Below are positions 37,243-46,403 of a stretch of DNA of 64,000 nucleotides, in pieces (within the stretch, counting starts at the first letter, position 1; each line of letters begins with the position of its first letter). The translations under genes and the position numbers were made by a program. The stretch is taken from positions 146,409 through 210,408 of the IMG/VR virus record IMGVR_UViG_3300046703_000335. One strand, written 5' to 3'. The notes beneath the pieces were generated by a model. That model saw nothing but the letters and a program-made list of their open reading frames with translations. It was not told the origin of the DNA and searched no databases.

Positions 37243-39252
37243 TTAGCGAGCTATCTTAACCCTTGTAATTGCCAATGGGTTATGGCACCCAATACCTAAA
37301 TTTTCGAAGACTGAAAATCCTATTCTTCTTGCCTTTGGATCATCAGCAGATAGTACTGTAAGTTCGGTACGTACAGGAATGCGCCCGAAAAATTCTGGTT
37401 CTGCGCAAACATAAGCATAACCAGGATTAACTTTTCTGCTGACGATGATCTGAGCACCCCAAACGGTACCAAGTAGACCACTCTTAAGCAATGTCCCTTG
37501 AGTTTCAATATCAAGAACGTCTCTTCCCCATTTTCTTAAATCTGCAAAGTCAAGAGCGTTCATGAAAATACGAGCAACTCGAAGATCATGAGTCTCAATA
37601 CGTGCAAAAGCGTCAATCAAGTTTGCAGGTGTAAGAGGAGCAACAGCATTGATCTGTGCGTTTACATATGCACTTCCAAGATTGTCAAAACCAAACTGAG
37701 AAACTGCATCCATAACATCAAAGGCACGTGCATCTTCAGCAGCTTGAATTTGAGCTTTTGCCAAATCCTGTGCGCGTTCGATAAGGTCAAAACGACGTTC
37801 TTTGATCTGTGTCAAAGGCAGTTCAGGATTCGATGCTATTTCGAAAAGAGGGAATATCACACGGCGAGGTTTTGTGATCGCCAGAATGTTTTCACCTTCT
37901 TCTCCGACAACGAAAGCAGTGACGTTAGGATCTTTGTCGTAAATTGGCAGCGCACCATCAGGGAGCTGTTCTACGAGAAAAGCCTTACGTGCAACTGACG
38001 TATAATCTCTGCGAAGACGCAGAGGCTGGATCCACTTTGTTACTACCCTATTTAAGGGCGTATGAGTCTTTCAACTCATATCTCATGGTTACCCATGAGT
38101 TCAGACTGTATCACTACCTGTTATATACAGGTACTCGGCATGTCTTGACAAATTACTCTGTCAAGGTAGGTCTTATCGCCATTACCAAAACTTGGTATTA
38201 GGCTTCCCTCAGTCGTTGAACCTTCAATGGGGTTTCCCCCAAAGCTTGGCTGCTGATTGTCCTTTGAACGATATCTCTTAGGTAACTTATAGATCAAATC
38301 ATTAGTAATATTATCACGGATATACTCATAAGCAGTATCTCTTGATTCCTTCAAAACCCTAATATGGCATTCACCATCAGAGTTCTCAGTAACACTTACA
38401 ACCAGGTTTAAAACATCCTTAAAGATATCTATAACCAGTTCTTTGTTGTTTTTGAAAAAGCTATCATAAGACACTATAGTAAACCCGTAATCACCAACCG
38501 CCCCATCATCCATCCACCAAAAAGACAACCCTACACCAGTAAGTTCACTTAGTAGTTCAGCACTCAGTACCTTTGTACCTTCAGGATAAAACTTTTTTCT
38601 TAACTCTGTAAATTGATGCAAGGCATAACTCCTTGCATCAACATATGAAAAAAGTTCTCCACCGGATATAAAAGCTCTTTCACCATAAAATACTTTAGCA
38701 GTAAAAAGGCTTCATTATCTCTGCTTTTCTAAGCAATAGTTGCTCTTGTTTCACACTATGCCTACAAAGCCAATATCCAGTCCCAGATGATTGTACTGCA
38801 ATGCAGGAATCCCCAAACAAACTCCCATGCAGAAATTCTTTCTGATAGCTATTTAACGGAACCAATCTTAATGCGTTACGATTCAAATGATAGCCCTTAT
38901 TTGTACTAATACCATAGATACTTCTTAAGGTACAAACTACTCTATCAGTTAAACCATATTTTTCACCTATCTCAATATCGCATAAACCAGCATTGATGTA
39001 CTCTTCAACAAGCACATCTTCCGGCAAAACACTTATAAGTCTTGCCAGTTTCTCTTCGCTGATTATTACGTTATTGATCTTCATACCTACCCATCGTTCA
39101 AAGGATGTTCCAGACAATTTACCGAGTTTTACGTCCACCATCCAGAATCAATTAATGGACGCCGCTAACTTTGCACGGCCAGAAGCAGTCTTAATGTAAT
39201 CTCCAATGATCTGTTGTTTCAGTTCATTAGTGATTGTGTTTGTTCCTTCCAT
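37243..39252 (-). CDS. Major capsid protein (HK97 fold), 295 aa after splicing: exon 1 39252-39155, exon 2 38032-37243
   Basis: Exon 1 MEGTNTITNELKQQIIGDYIKTASGRAKLAAS+AT (AGGAGG RBS) joins G+IQPLRLRRDYTSVARKAFLVEQLPDG.. in frame with track ORF 37243..37860 (IFMNALDFADLRKW, GTVWGAQIIVS, GFSVFENLGIG); follows protease, scaffold and decoration genes. Confidence 0.9.
38033..39154 (-). ncRNA. Group I intron (1122 nt) in the major capsid gene
   Basis: 5' exon ends in U pairing with G of IGS GTGGACGT (P1); CTGGAT pairs with 3' exon ATCCAG (P10); P AAATTGTCTGGAA, Q AATCAGCAGCC, R TTCAACGACTGA, S GATACAGTCTG; P3 CTCGGTA/TGCCGAG; P9 hairpins; terminal G. Confidence 0.9.
38121..39084 (-). pseudogene. 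Intron-encoded HTH-LAGLIDADG homing endonuclease split by a 1-nt frameshift near 38705
   Basis: Motif 1 FLHGSLFGDSCI in ORF 38695..39141, motif 2 LSFWWMDDGAV in ORF 38121..38621; removing one T from CCTTTTTAC gives a continuous 320-aa frame (..MKPFTAKVFYGERAF..YALHQFTELRKKFY). Confidence 0.75.
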
Positions 39253-39331
39253 TTCACTTCCTCCTAAAAAAATAAGTTTTCTGCGTGTCTACTATATCAT
39301 ATTATGGATTATTTTCACGGCTAACGATTAA

Positions 39332-39910
39332 TTAGATCGAAAGCTGAACAACCATAAATGGATCAGTTGCACTTGGAGCAATCAATACGATACCAACTAC
39401 GAAAGCTGCAACATCAACAGCTGTACTAACAGCATTGCTGAGCAAGCCATTCTGAGAAACATAAAGTCTTGCACCAGGAAGATATGTGATAGGAACTCCG
39501 GCACCAGCCTGAGTACATGTCTCATACATATCTGTTGAGAAAACGGTACCTGTTCCATGTAAATATGGGCATTTACCACTTGCTACACCAGAGCTTGACT
39601 CGAAAGGATAACCAACAGCGTTATTAATCGCAACACCAACTGGGCGACCAACAAGAACTGATGGAGCTGCATCTGTACCTGTACATGCTACGACTGTTCC
39701 GTTCACTGTTCCAACACATACAAACTGACCTGCAAGAATACCCTTAGGTGTGTCAGCACTAAGACGAGAATTCGCCAAAGATTGAACATTTGCACCGTAG
39801 TTATCTCTTGTCAGTCCAGCCGCTGTCAGATTCATGAGAGTATTCATTGTCACGCGATTGAGGATATTTAGGCCTCTATCAGGGGCAATTCCACTTCCTT
39901 CACCAACCAT
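39332..39910 (-). CDS. Head decoration/cement protein
   Basis: Between scaffold and MCP; SGVASGKCPYLHG..TDMYE..GARLYVSQNGLL..VGIV beta-rich pattern. Confidence 0.65.
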   Translation of the reverse strand: MVGEGSGIAPDRGLNILNRVTMNTLMNLTAAGLTRDNYGANVQSLANSRLSADTPKGILAGQFVCVGTVNGTVVACTGTDAAPSVLVGRPVGVAINNAVGYPFESSSGVASGKCPYLHGTGTVFSTDMYETCTQAGAGVPITYLPGARLYVSQNGLLSNAVSTAVDVAAFVVGIVLIAPSATDPFMVVQLSI

Positions 39911-40031
39911 GTTAAACCTCCTATTAAATGAAACCCAATCCCCTTATGGGGCGGGTAGATACTGTTAAAAATCTTATATCGATCTTTTTACTACTGATAC
40001 CCCTCTAATAAAGTGGGGTATCGAATATCAC

Positions 40032-41039
40032 TTAATTAAAAATTTCTCTTACATCCGGAGCAGTAGACCATAGACTTGATAAGTCACTGGAACCACTTGA
40101 AGAAGCTTCTTTCTTAACCATACCGGAAAGTTTTGAAGCACCCTTCTTGATAGGAGAAGGCATAACACCACTGAAAATCTGATCAAGAAGACTTGCATCT
40201 TTTGATGAGCCTTCTTCTTCATCTTCTTCTTTTTTATCCTTGGAGGAAGCTTCGACTTCTTCTTCATCTTCTTCTTTTTTGGCAGAAGCTTCGACTTCTT
40301 CTTCGTCTTTGCCTACTTCTTTTTCAAGCTCTTCAGCTTGCTTTTTCAGGCTGGCAAGTTTTTCTTTTTTCTTTTTAATGTCCAGATCCTTAGTGCCGGC
40401 TTCTTTTTCTTTCTTATCATCTTCGTCTTTGTCGGCAGAGGCATCCTTCTCTTCTTTATCCTTATCATCTTCATCTTTGTCAGCAGAAGCATCCTTCTCT
40501 TCTTTATCCTTGTCATCTTCATCTTTGTCAGCAGAAGCATCCTTCTCTTCATCTTCTTCATCAGAAGAATCAGAAGCAGCTTTTGCGATCATCTGAGCGA
40601 GACCTTCTTGGTTTGCAAGAGTCGCATTAAGGCCCTCTTCAGGAAGATGCATAAGAATACCCGCCTGCTTCTCGATAATCTCGTCTGTAGCACCAGGAAG
40701 CATTCTCTGTGAAGCAATAATAGCTTTGACAGCTTTCTCTTCAAGTCTACGAGCACTTGCGATAGCTTCTTGAGCAGCATGTTTATCAATAAGAGGAGCA
40801 TGACCAGTCTCTTCACGTTTCTGATCATCTTTATTTACTTTGTCTTTATTAACGCCTTCATTCCATGCTTCAGGATCACCCTTAGCATATTCACCGACAC
40901 TTGGATTATTCTTGCTGTGTCCAGTATCATTCATATCAAAAACATCATTGTCAATTCCAGAACCCTTATCTTCAACTTGGGCACCTGGTTTTGACTTCAT
41001 ATCCGAAGCTAATCTGTTAGTCAAACGATTACGAGACAT
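40032..41039 (-). CDS. Probable capsid scaffolding protein
   Basis: Highly charged and coiled-coil, between protease and decoration/MCP; C-terminal LSSLWSTAPDVREIFN. Confidence 0.65.
   Translation of the reverse strand: MSRNRLTNRLASDMKSKPGAQVEDKGSGIDNDVFDMNDTGHSKNNPSVGEYAKGDPEAWNEGVNKDKVNKDDQKREETGHAPLIDKHAAQEAIASARRLEEKAVKAIIASQRMLPGATDEIIEKQAGILMHLPEEGLNATLANQEGLAQMIAKAASDSSDEEDEEKDASADKDEDDKDKEEKDASADKDEDDKDKEEKDASADKDEDDKKEKEAGTKDLDIKKKKEKLASLKKQAEELEKEVGKDEEEVEASAKKEEDEEEVEASSKDKKEEDEEEGSSKDASLLDQIFSGVMPSPIKKGASKLSGMVKKEASSSGSSDLSSLWSTAPDVREIFN
40413..40550. repeat. 48-bp tandem repeat x3 coding EEKDASADKDEDDKDK
   Basis: gcatccttctcttc recurs at 40441, 40489 and 40537. Confidence 0.85.
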
Positions 41040-41109
41040 GCTTGTCCTCCTGTGTCAATTTATTTATGAAGTTCTAATGAACTTGGTTGTTTTCAGAGAA
41101 AAAACAGAT

Positions 41110-41124
41110 ATTAAGAGATTATTA
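41110..41124 (-). promoter_or_regulatory. Putative late promoter motif, perfect copy (scaffold-decoration-MCP unit)
   Basis: ATTAAGAGATTATTA, 71 nt upstream of ATG 41039. Confidence 0.7.
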
Positions 41125-41136
41125 TAAAAAAGTTTT

Positions 41137-43989
41137 TTACTCTTCAAATTGAGATAAAATCTTAGCCCATGAAGCTAACTTTTTACACTCTCTCTGACTT
41201 GGCTTGCGACCTATCTCAACTATCATCTTTGTGAAAAAGGGCACCATTCCTGTTGATCCAAGTTTGACTCTGGATAAAGTCTTAACTGCATCTGTACCAA
41301 CAGGGATATTAGAAGCATTCTTATCTATAAAGTGCAATATCCCTAAAACATCATCACGAGTGTACCCATACTTTTTAAATTGTTTCCAATTCTTAGTATT
41401 AGATAAAATCATAATACCATTGTACAGCCGATCATTTTTTGTATCTCTTGCAGAAGCTAAAATCTTTTTAAAACTAGCGGACTTGTTCACTAAGTTATCA
41501 TTTGTAGAAGTCTCTTCATCCGAAGGACGTCCACTATCTCCGCCATCTTGCTTAGCCTGATCCTTCATGATCTCTCTACGAATCTGATTAAGCAATTGTC
41601 TCTTTACCATATCTTTTACTTCACCGACTGTAGCATCCTCTTTAGGTTCTTCTATCTGAGGTTCCGGAGCTGCTGCGGGAGCACCACCCAAACCACCACC
41701 AAGATCATCACCAGGAGCACCCATAGAATCCGCAGGAGGAGCTGCTCCCTCTGCTGGAGGGGTATCTACGGTAAGAGGCTTATCTGCTTCTGGGGGAGCT
41801 TCAGGGAAGCTGAAATCATCTTTTGGAGGAGCCGGTGCATCGCCTTCAGCAGCTTCAAGATCTCTTACGATATCCTTTGCTGATTGAGCTGCTGACTTCA
41901 GGTACATTCCCGGGGTATAATCAAACCCTGGCATAACTACAGCTTTTTGTATCTTATCAGATACGTCAAAATCACAAGGAAGAACTTTATGAAGCACTGC
42001 CCCTTCAAAGGCAGGTTTACGTACCCAACTTGCATCTATAAATTTACAACTCTCAGGGTCGTCAACGCTGCCACATAATTCTGCTATTATCCTTTTTGTA
42101 CCATTCTTATCATAGAAATAATTACCTTTAAAATATTTTATATGCTTGCAAGATTGGGACTCATCTTCAGCTATACAACCGCACTGTGTACAGATACTAT
42201 ATTTTATCAAGCATCCCATTGACACAGCGGAATATTCACCAGATTGAATCTTATTTACAAGATCTGTATGCTTCTTATTAGTAGCTATAAGGATATCTAC
42301 GTACAGAGAAGTAAGGTCATTACCGTTTACATCTTTTGCAAAGGGTACCTCTCTCAAAGCCATATCAATAACTTTGCCTTTTGACAATTCAGAGATCTGG
42401 ACGTGTTCACAGTTATGCACTGTTACACCTTCAGCAACATAAGAGTTATCCCCTTCAACCTCTATGTTATAAACATCAAAAGTACCTTCTAAATCTCTTA
42501 TTCCATCTATTTTAGATATAGTCCATTTATTCCCACCATCTTCAAATACATGGGTTATCTTTTTAGATAATCTATCTGAAATCCTGGTATCTGTATGTCC
42601 TACAATTTCATTTAACTTTTTAGAATCCCTTGTAGATATCCTTAAAAAATATCCAGGTCTTGACTTCTTATTAGTAATTGGGTCTGTATATACTTCATAC
42701 CCATCAATTAACTCACAATCTGTATATCTCGGTAAAACCCCAACTTCCCTATAATTCGGAAGTATCCCCATTCTCCAAAACATCCAGTTAATTTGTTGAA
42801 TTAACGCTTGTGATTTAAGCTCTAGGCAATAACCTCTTGAGGTATGCTCTCCACACCCATCTCCATTAATACAATGCTTAACTATTATAGCCTGTAATTT
42901 TTTGGGGAGCCACATTGCCTCTTCTGGCATTTTTTTAGCCCAGGAATATTTACCACACCACTTCTTAAAAAACTGAGCTACTTCCTTATTACTAATTGAT
43001 AGGCAGTATGATCCTGATTGAGTTTCATACAATCTTGGTTTGCAATCTATTCTAAAAGTACTTCCAAATTCTTTTATTAATAGATAGGATAGCCTTTCAG
43101 CTACATCAGTCTCTTCATTACCAAGGGCAAAGGTTACTCCTGACTCTTCATCAGAAAAGACATTCTTATTATCATAATAACCTTCGGCAAGAAACCACCC
43201 TATTAACTCCGCTCTAGCTTCATTTATCTCATCATTAGGAATTTCGACTAACGATACAGGATGAGTAAAGAAATCTCTATCAGAATTAATATCCCCAGCA
43301 TTTTTCCATTCTGATGTTATCCCCCTTGGGTAAACTTCACCGGATGCTCTATGCACTCCGACAGAAAAACCTGTCCAGGTATCTAATAAACCAAAATTTG
43401 CATCTTTATCAAAAAAATTAGGACGACCTGTTTTTGGACAAGTCTCACGAGCATGGTATACCCAAAAAGGGTGATTTCTAGTTACGCATATTTTCCTAGA
43501 GAGAATATTCAGACCTGACATCTCTACTAAGTTATCAGCCTGATGCTTAAAAGTTCTTGTTACTTTTCCTATTTCACCCTTACGATTTATAACCCTATCA
43601 CCTTCGACTACCTGTTCTATAGCTTTATACGTACCATCAGCCATTAATACCCGTGTACCTGCTACAAAACAAAAATTATCAGCCCCAAGAAAACTCTTTG
43701 AAGCCATCCTCAATAATTTGGTTTCCCAGCTGTCTCCATTATTATTTACAAAAATTGAATATTCAGGTTTGATCAGATAGTTACTCTTAGGATCTTTTGG
43801 ATCAGCTAAGTCGACATCTACTGAGGCCATTATAGAAACATGACTAAGTAGCCATTTGGATGGATCAAACTGAGCTACAACATTTTTTGCTACAACAATG
43901 CGACCTTTTGGAACAACATTGTCCACCCATTTACCAGGGCAGACAACTTTATTCACTACAGCAGCATGTCCAAATTTAAGCATTGCCAT
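41137..43989 (-). CDS. Prohead (maturation) protease, intein-containing; about 530 aa after splicing
   Basis: NNNGDSW, F|CEH (probable catalytic His), AVSMGC (Ser), CTQCG..CKH, DASWVRKPAFEGA. Confidence 0.8.
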   Translation of the reverse strand: MAMLKFGHAAVVNKVVCPGKWVDNVVPKGRIVVAKNVVAQFDPSKWLLSHVSIMASVDVDLADPKDPKSNYLIKPEYSIFVNNNGDSWETKLLRMASKSFLGADNFCFVAGTRVLMADGTYKAIEQVVEGDRVINRKGEIGKVTRTFKHQADNLVEMSGLNILSRKICVTRNHPFWVYHARETCPKTGRPNFFDKDANFGLLDTWTGFSVGVHRASGEVYPRGITSEWKNAGDINSDRDFFTHPVSLVEIPNDEINEARAELIGWFLAEGYYDNKNVFSDEESGVTFALGNEETDVAERLSYLLIKEFGSTFRIDCKPRLYETQSGSYCLSISNKEVAQFFKKWCGKYSWAKKMPEEAMWLPKKLQAIIVKHCINGDGCGEHTSRGYCLELKSQALIQQINWMFWRMGILPNYREVGVLPRYTDCELIDGYEVYTDPITNKKSRPGYFLRISTRDSKKLNEIVGHTDTRISDRLSKKITHVFEDGGNKWTISKIDGIRDLEGTFDVYNIEVEGDNSYVAEGVTVHNCEHVQISELSKGKVIDMALREVPFAKDVNGNDLTSLYVDILIATNKKHTDLVNKIQSGEYSAVSMGCLIKYSICTQCGCIAEDESQSCKHIKYFKGNYFYDKNGTKRIIAELCGSVDDPESCKFIDASWVRKPAFEGAVLHKVLPCDFDVSDKIQKAVVMPGFDYTPGMYLKSAAQSAKDIVRDLEAAEGDAPAPPKDDFSFPEAPPEADKPLTVDTPPAEGAAPPADSMGAPGDDLGGGLGGAPAAAPEPQIEEPKEDATVGEVKDMVKRQLLNQIRREIMKDQAKQDGGDSGRPSDEETSTNDNLVNKSASFKKILASARDTKNDRLYNGIMILSNTKNWKQFKKYGYTRDDVLGILHFIDKNASNIPVGTDAVKTLSRVKLGSTGMVPFFTKMIVEIGRKPSQRECKKLASWAKILSQFEE
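42412..43671 (-). mobile_element. Intein (420 aa) with LAGLIDADG endonuclease in prohead protease
   Basis: Starts CFVAGTRVLMADG; block B TRNHPFWV; LIGWFLAEG and HCINGDG; ends YVAEGVTVHN followed by Cys. Confidence 0.9.
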
Positions 43990-44010
43990 TATATAAAATC
44001 CTTATTGCTA

Positions 44011-44565
44011 TTAAGCCTTAATGCTCTTATAGATTTTGCTGACAGCAGATCTCATAAGACCATCGGAGCAGATATTAGAATACCGAGGATACAAACTCTG
44101 ATAAGCTTGTATGTCCGTCAGACCTTTACTGACACATGCAACGACATCATTAGCCAATTTTGTCACGACATTATCAGCAAAGTTACCTGCTACCTTAGAA
44201 GCCATCCCAGACATACGCTTTTTAGCGGCTTCTTTAGAGGTCATCTTACTTGCCATTTTTTTAATCTTATCCTGAAGAGTACCGTAATTCTCATCAGAAA
44301 TAGTCTTATCAAAACTACCGTAACCTGTATCTTCACCAACCGGAGAAGTACCTACAAAAGGTGTAATCAGAATAAGCTCCGTAGGATCTTTCTGCTGATT
44401 ACCTCCCATAGGAAAATCTACCCACACCTTATTTATTGCGGGACATACTTGAGTCACCACACCAACATAAGGTGATATAGATTTCTCACTGGTGAACCAT
44501 TTTACCTGATCACCAATTTTATAGTTCTCTGCCGATCCTGATGGATGAGGGTATAAACCTGGCAT
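44011..44565 (-). CDS. Hypothetical head-region protein, SH3-like N-terminus
   Basis: YKIGDQVKWF..VGVVTQV..VWVDFP; KMAS, KEAA and KVAG motifs. Confidence 0.55.
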   Translation of the reverse strand: MPGLYPHPSGSAENYKIGDQVKWFTSEKSISPYVGVVTQVCPAINKVWVDFPMGGNQQKDPTELILITPFVGTSPVGEDTGYGSFDKTISDENYGTLQDKIKKMASKMTSKEAAKKRMSGMASKVAGNFADNVVTKLANDVVACVSKGLTDIQAYQSLYPRYSNICSDGLMRSAVSKIYKSIKA

Positions 44566-44583
44566 GATTACTATCCTTTCGCC

Positions 44584-45207
44584 TTATTTAGCTATCTGGT
44601 ATGGGAAACTAGAAGCATCCTTACCGAGCTGTTTTTTCTGAAACTTATCTTTAAGCTCCGTACTGGTATCTGTGTTGTATTCTTTCATGTAAGGTTCATC
44701 GCTGTCTGTCTCACGGGCACCAGCATGAAAGAACTGCTTCATGTATGGTTCGTCACTATCACTCTCAAGAGTGGAAGCTTCTTTTCTACCTTCAAGGACA
44801 TCAGAGACTCTATCGAGTTCGTAAGCAAGTTTTGTAAGTTCAGGGTCATTCTGAGATTCAAGAAGACCGGCTATCTGATCAAGAGATTCTGCCACTTTTG
44901 CAGCAGCTTCTTTTTCTTTCTTTTTCTTATCAGAATCTTTCTTGTCGTCCTTCTTGTCATCCTTCTTTACATCATCTTTTTTAGTATCGCCACCCTTTAT
45001 CTTTTTCTTACATTTAAGGCAGTAGCTTGTGGCTTTTAAAACTTTTGAGCCGCAGTCTGGGCATTTAATCATATCAGCTTTACCAGCTTCTTTTTCAGTA
45101 GCCTTTTCTTTTTCGTCCTCGTCTTCATCTTCACCTGCGAGCACTTGAAGTGCAGCCAATTTACGACGAGTAGCTTCGATTTCACTCTTGATAATAGACT
45201 TGTCCAT
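44584..45207 (-). CDS. Charged zinc-ribbon protein, probable head-internal
   Basis: CPDCG..CLKC; LDQIAGLLES..KLAYELDRVSDVLEGRKEAS; duplicated E(S/T)DSDEPYMK. Confidence 0.6.
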   Translation of the reverse strand: MDKSIIKSEIEATRRKLAALQVLAGEDEDEDEKEKATEKEAGKADMIKCPDCGSKVLKATSYCLKCKKKIKGGDTKKDDVKKDDKKDDKKDSDKKKKEKEAAAKVAESLDQIAGLLESQNDPELTKLAYELDRVSDVLEGRKEASTLESDSDEPYMKQFFHAGARETDSDEPYMKEYNTDTSTELKDKFQKKQLGKDASSFPYQIAK

Positions 45208-45242
45208 CCTAATCCTCCTTAAAAACCTATGTCAAATTATTA

Positions 45243-45659
45243 TTACGACTTTAGCAAGTTATCCATTAAGAGACTATATGTGGATGCATTGATTTTATTA
45301 GCATATTTACCATCATCTAATGTAGCAATAGCCCTTGTTAAGGCATCTTCCATAGCCACTCTCTCATCATATTCCTTCATTGGGGCATCTACAATCTTTT
45401 TTGCATGTTTGGATATCGCATGAAGATCCTCATTCTTAACATCATATTGAGTTCTAGGCATGATAGATGCTTCAGTACTTAAGTCCCCGCGAGGAACCAT
45501 AGCCTCAATGACCGTTTCCCCATTTTTATTGTGAAAAAGATCACGGGCGCTAAAAAGAATCTCTGGATGATTTGCTAAAAGATCCTTAGCTTTTTCACGA
45601 GCGGAGTCTTTTTCACCAGGCTGTACCTTAAGGCTTTTTTTATCTTCAGTTTTTGACAT
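45243..45659 (-). CDS. Hypothetical protein
   Basis: 138-aa ORF with GGGG RBS. Confidence 0.55.
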   Translation of the reverse strand: MSKTEDKKSLKVQPGEKDSAREKAKDLLANHPEILFSARDLFHNKNGETVIEAMVPRGDLSTEASIMPRTQYDVKNEDLHAISKHAKKIVDAPMKEYDERVAMEDALTRAIATLDDGKYANKINASTYSLLMDNLLKS

Positions 45660-45705
45660 AAATTCCCCAATAAATGGAACGACAAGATGTTATTACAATT
45701 CTAAT

Positions 45706-45720
45706 ATTAATACATTATTA
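45706..45720 (-). promoter_or_regulatory. Putative late promoter motif copy
   Basis: ATTAATACATTATTA, 47 nt upstream of ATG 45659. Confidence 0.5.
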
Positions 45721-46026
45721 AAAATCTGTACTACTAGACAGAAACTGATTGATCACGCTTGTGGTTGTTTCCTTACTAACATTCCCTGCAAATCTGTCAC
45801 TGCTATAGTACTGTTCTGTCACTGCCCTCTCCATGTAACTCTTGAAAAGCTCAAGATCATTACGTAATTCCATAGCTTTCGTTCGAATCTTAGTGAGAGG
45901 TTCAAGAAAATCCTTACCATAATTTTCAACCTTAATTTTCTTATTATCAATAAGAGTATTTACACTTTCAATAACTCCAGAAACAATCTCTATCTGCTTG
46001 ATAAGTTCTTTTGGTGGCTTAGGCAT
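45718..46026 (-). CDS. Hypothetical helical protein
   Basis: 102 aa, AGGAG RBS. Confidence 0.55.
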   Translation of the reverse strand: MPKPPKELIKQIEIVSGVIESVNTLIDNKKIKVENYGKDFLEPLTKIRTKAMELRNDLELFKSYMERAVTEQYYSSDRFAGNVSKETTTSVINQFLSSSTDF

Positions 46027-46043
46027 ATCACTAATCTCCTTAT

Positions 46044-46400
46044 TTAAACTTTAAATTTTTTCTTATAAGTACTCTTTGGGCCGTCAACTTCTTTATCCTT
46101 ACCCTCTGCTCGATACTCAGTTATATAATCTTTCATAAGTCCTGTCTTAGTCTCCTCATTCCATTTATTTTTATGACCCGGTTGCTTCCTGGGTCTCCTC
46201 TGCTGAGAAGGGGCTGTAGGAGTTGTTTCCTCAATATCAACATTTTTTGGTTTCACTACCTGCTTTTTCTTTTCTACAGGTTGTTCTTCCCTACCCCCCT
46301 CAAGCATCTTATGATCTCCAATTGAGGTATCCTCTGGAGTATTATCCCGCTCTATAAGGGAAGCCAGTTTTCGAATCTCATCAGATATCAAAAATTTCAT
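46044..46400 (-). CDS. Hypothetical protein with N-terminal helical tag
   Basis: MKFLISDEIRKLASLIER; directly after portal. Confidence 0.55.
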   Translation of the reverse strand: MKFLISDEIRKLASLIERDNTPEDTSIGDHKMLEGGREEQPVEKKKQVVKPKNVDIEETTPTAPSQQRRPRKQPGHKNKWNEETKTGLMKDYITEYRAEGKDKEVDGPKSTYKKKFKV

Positions 46401-46403
46401 AAG

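Noticed and set aside
37243-37860. Track ORF of 205 aa as a complete capsid gene
   Set aside because: The reading frame stays open to 38032 and joins exon 1 through a group I intron; the GTG start is internal.
39300-39314. Weak late-promoter-like sequence upstream of MCP exon 1 (similar at 37071-37086)
   Set aside because: Too many mismatches in AT-rich DNA to count as a copy.
40413-40550. 48-bp and 15-bp (28908-28982) repeats as CRISPR arrays
   Set aside because: They are in-frame coding tandem repeats without unique spacers; no cas genes seen.
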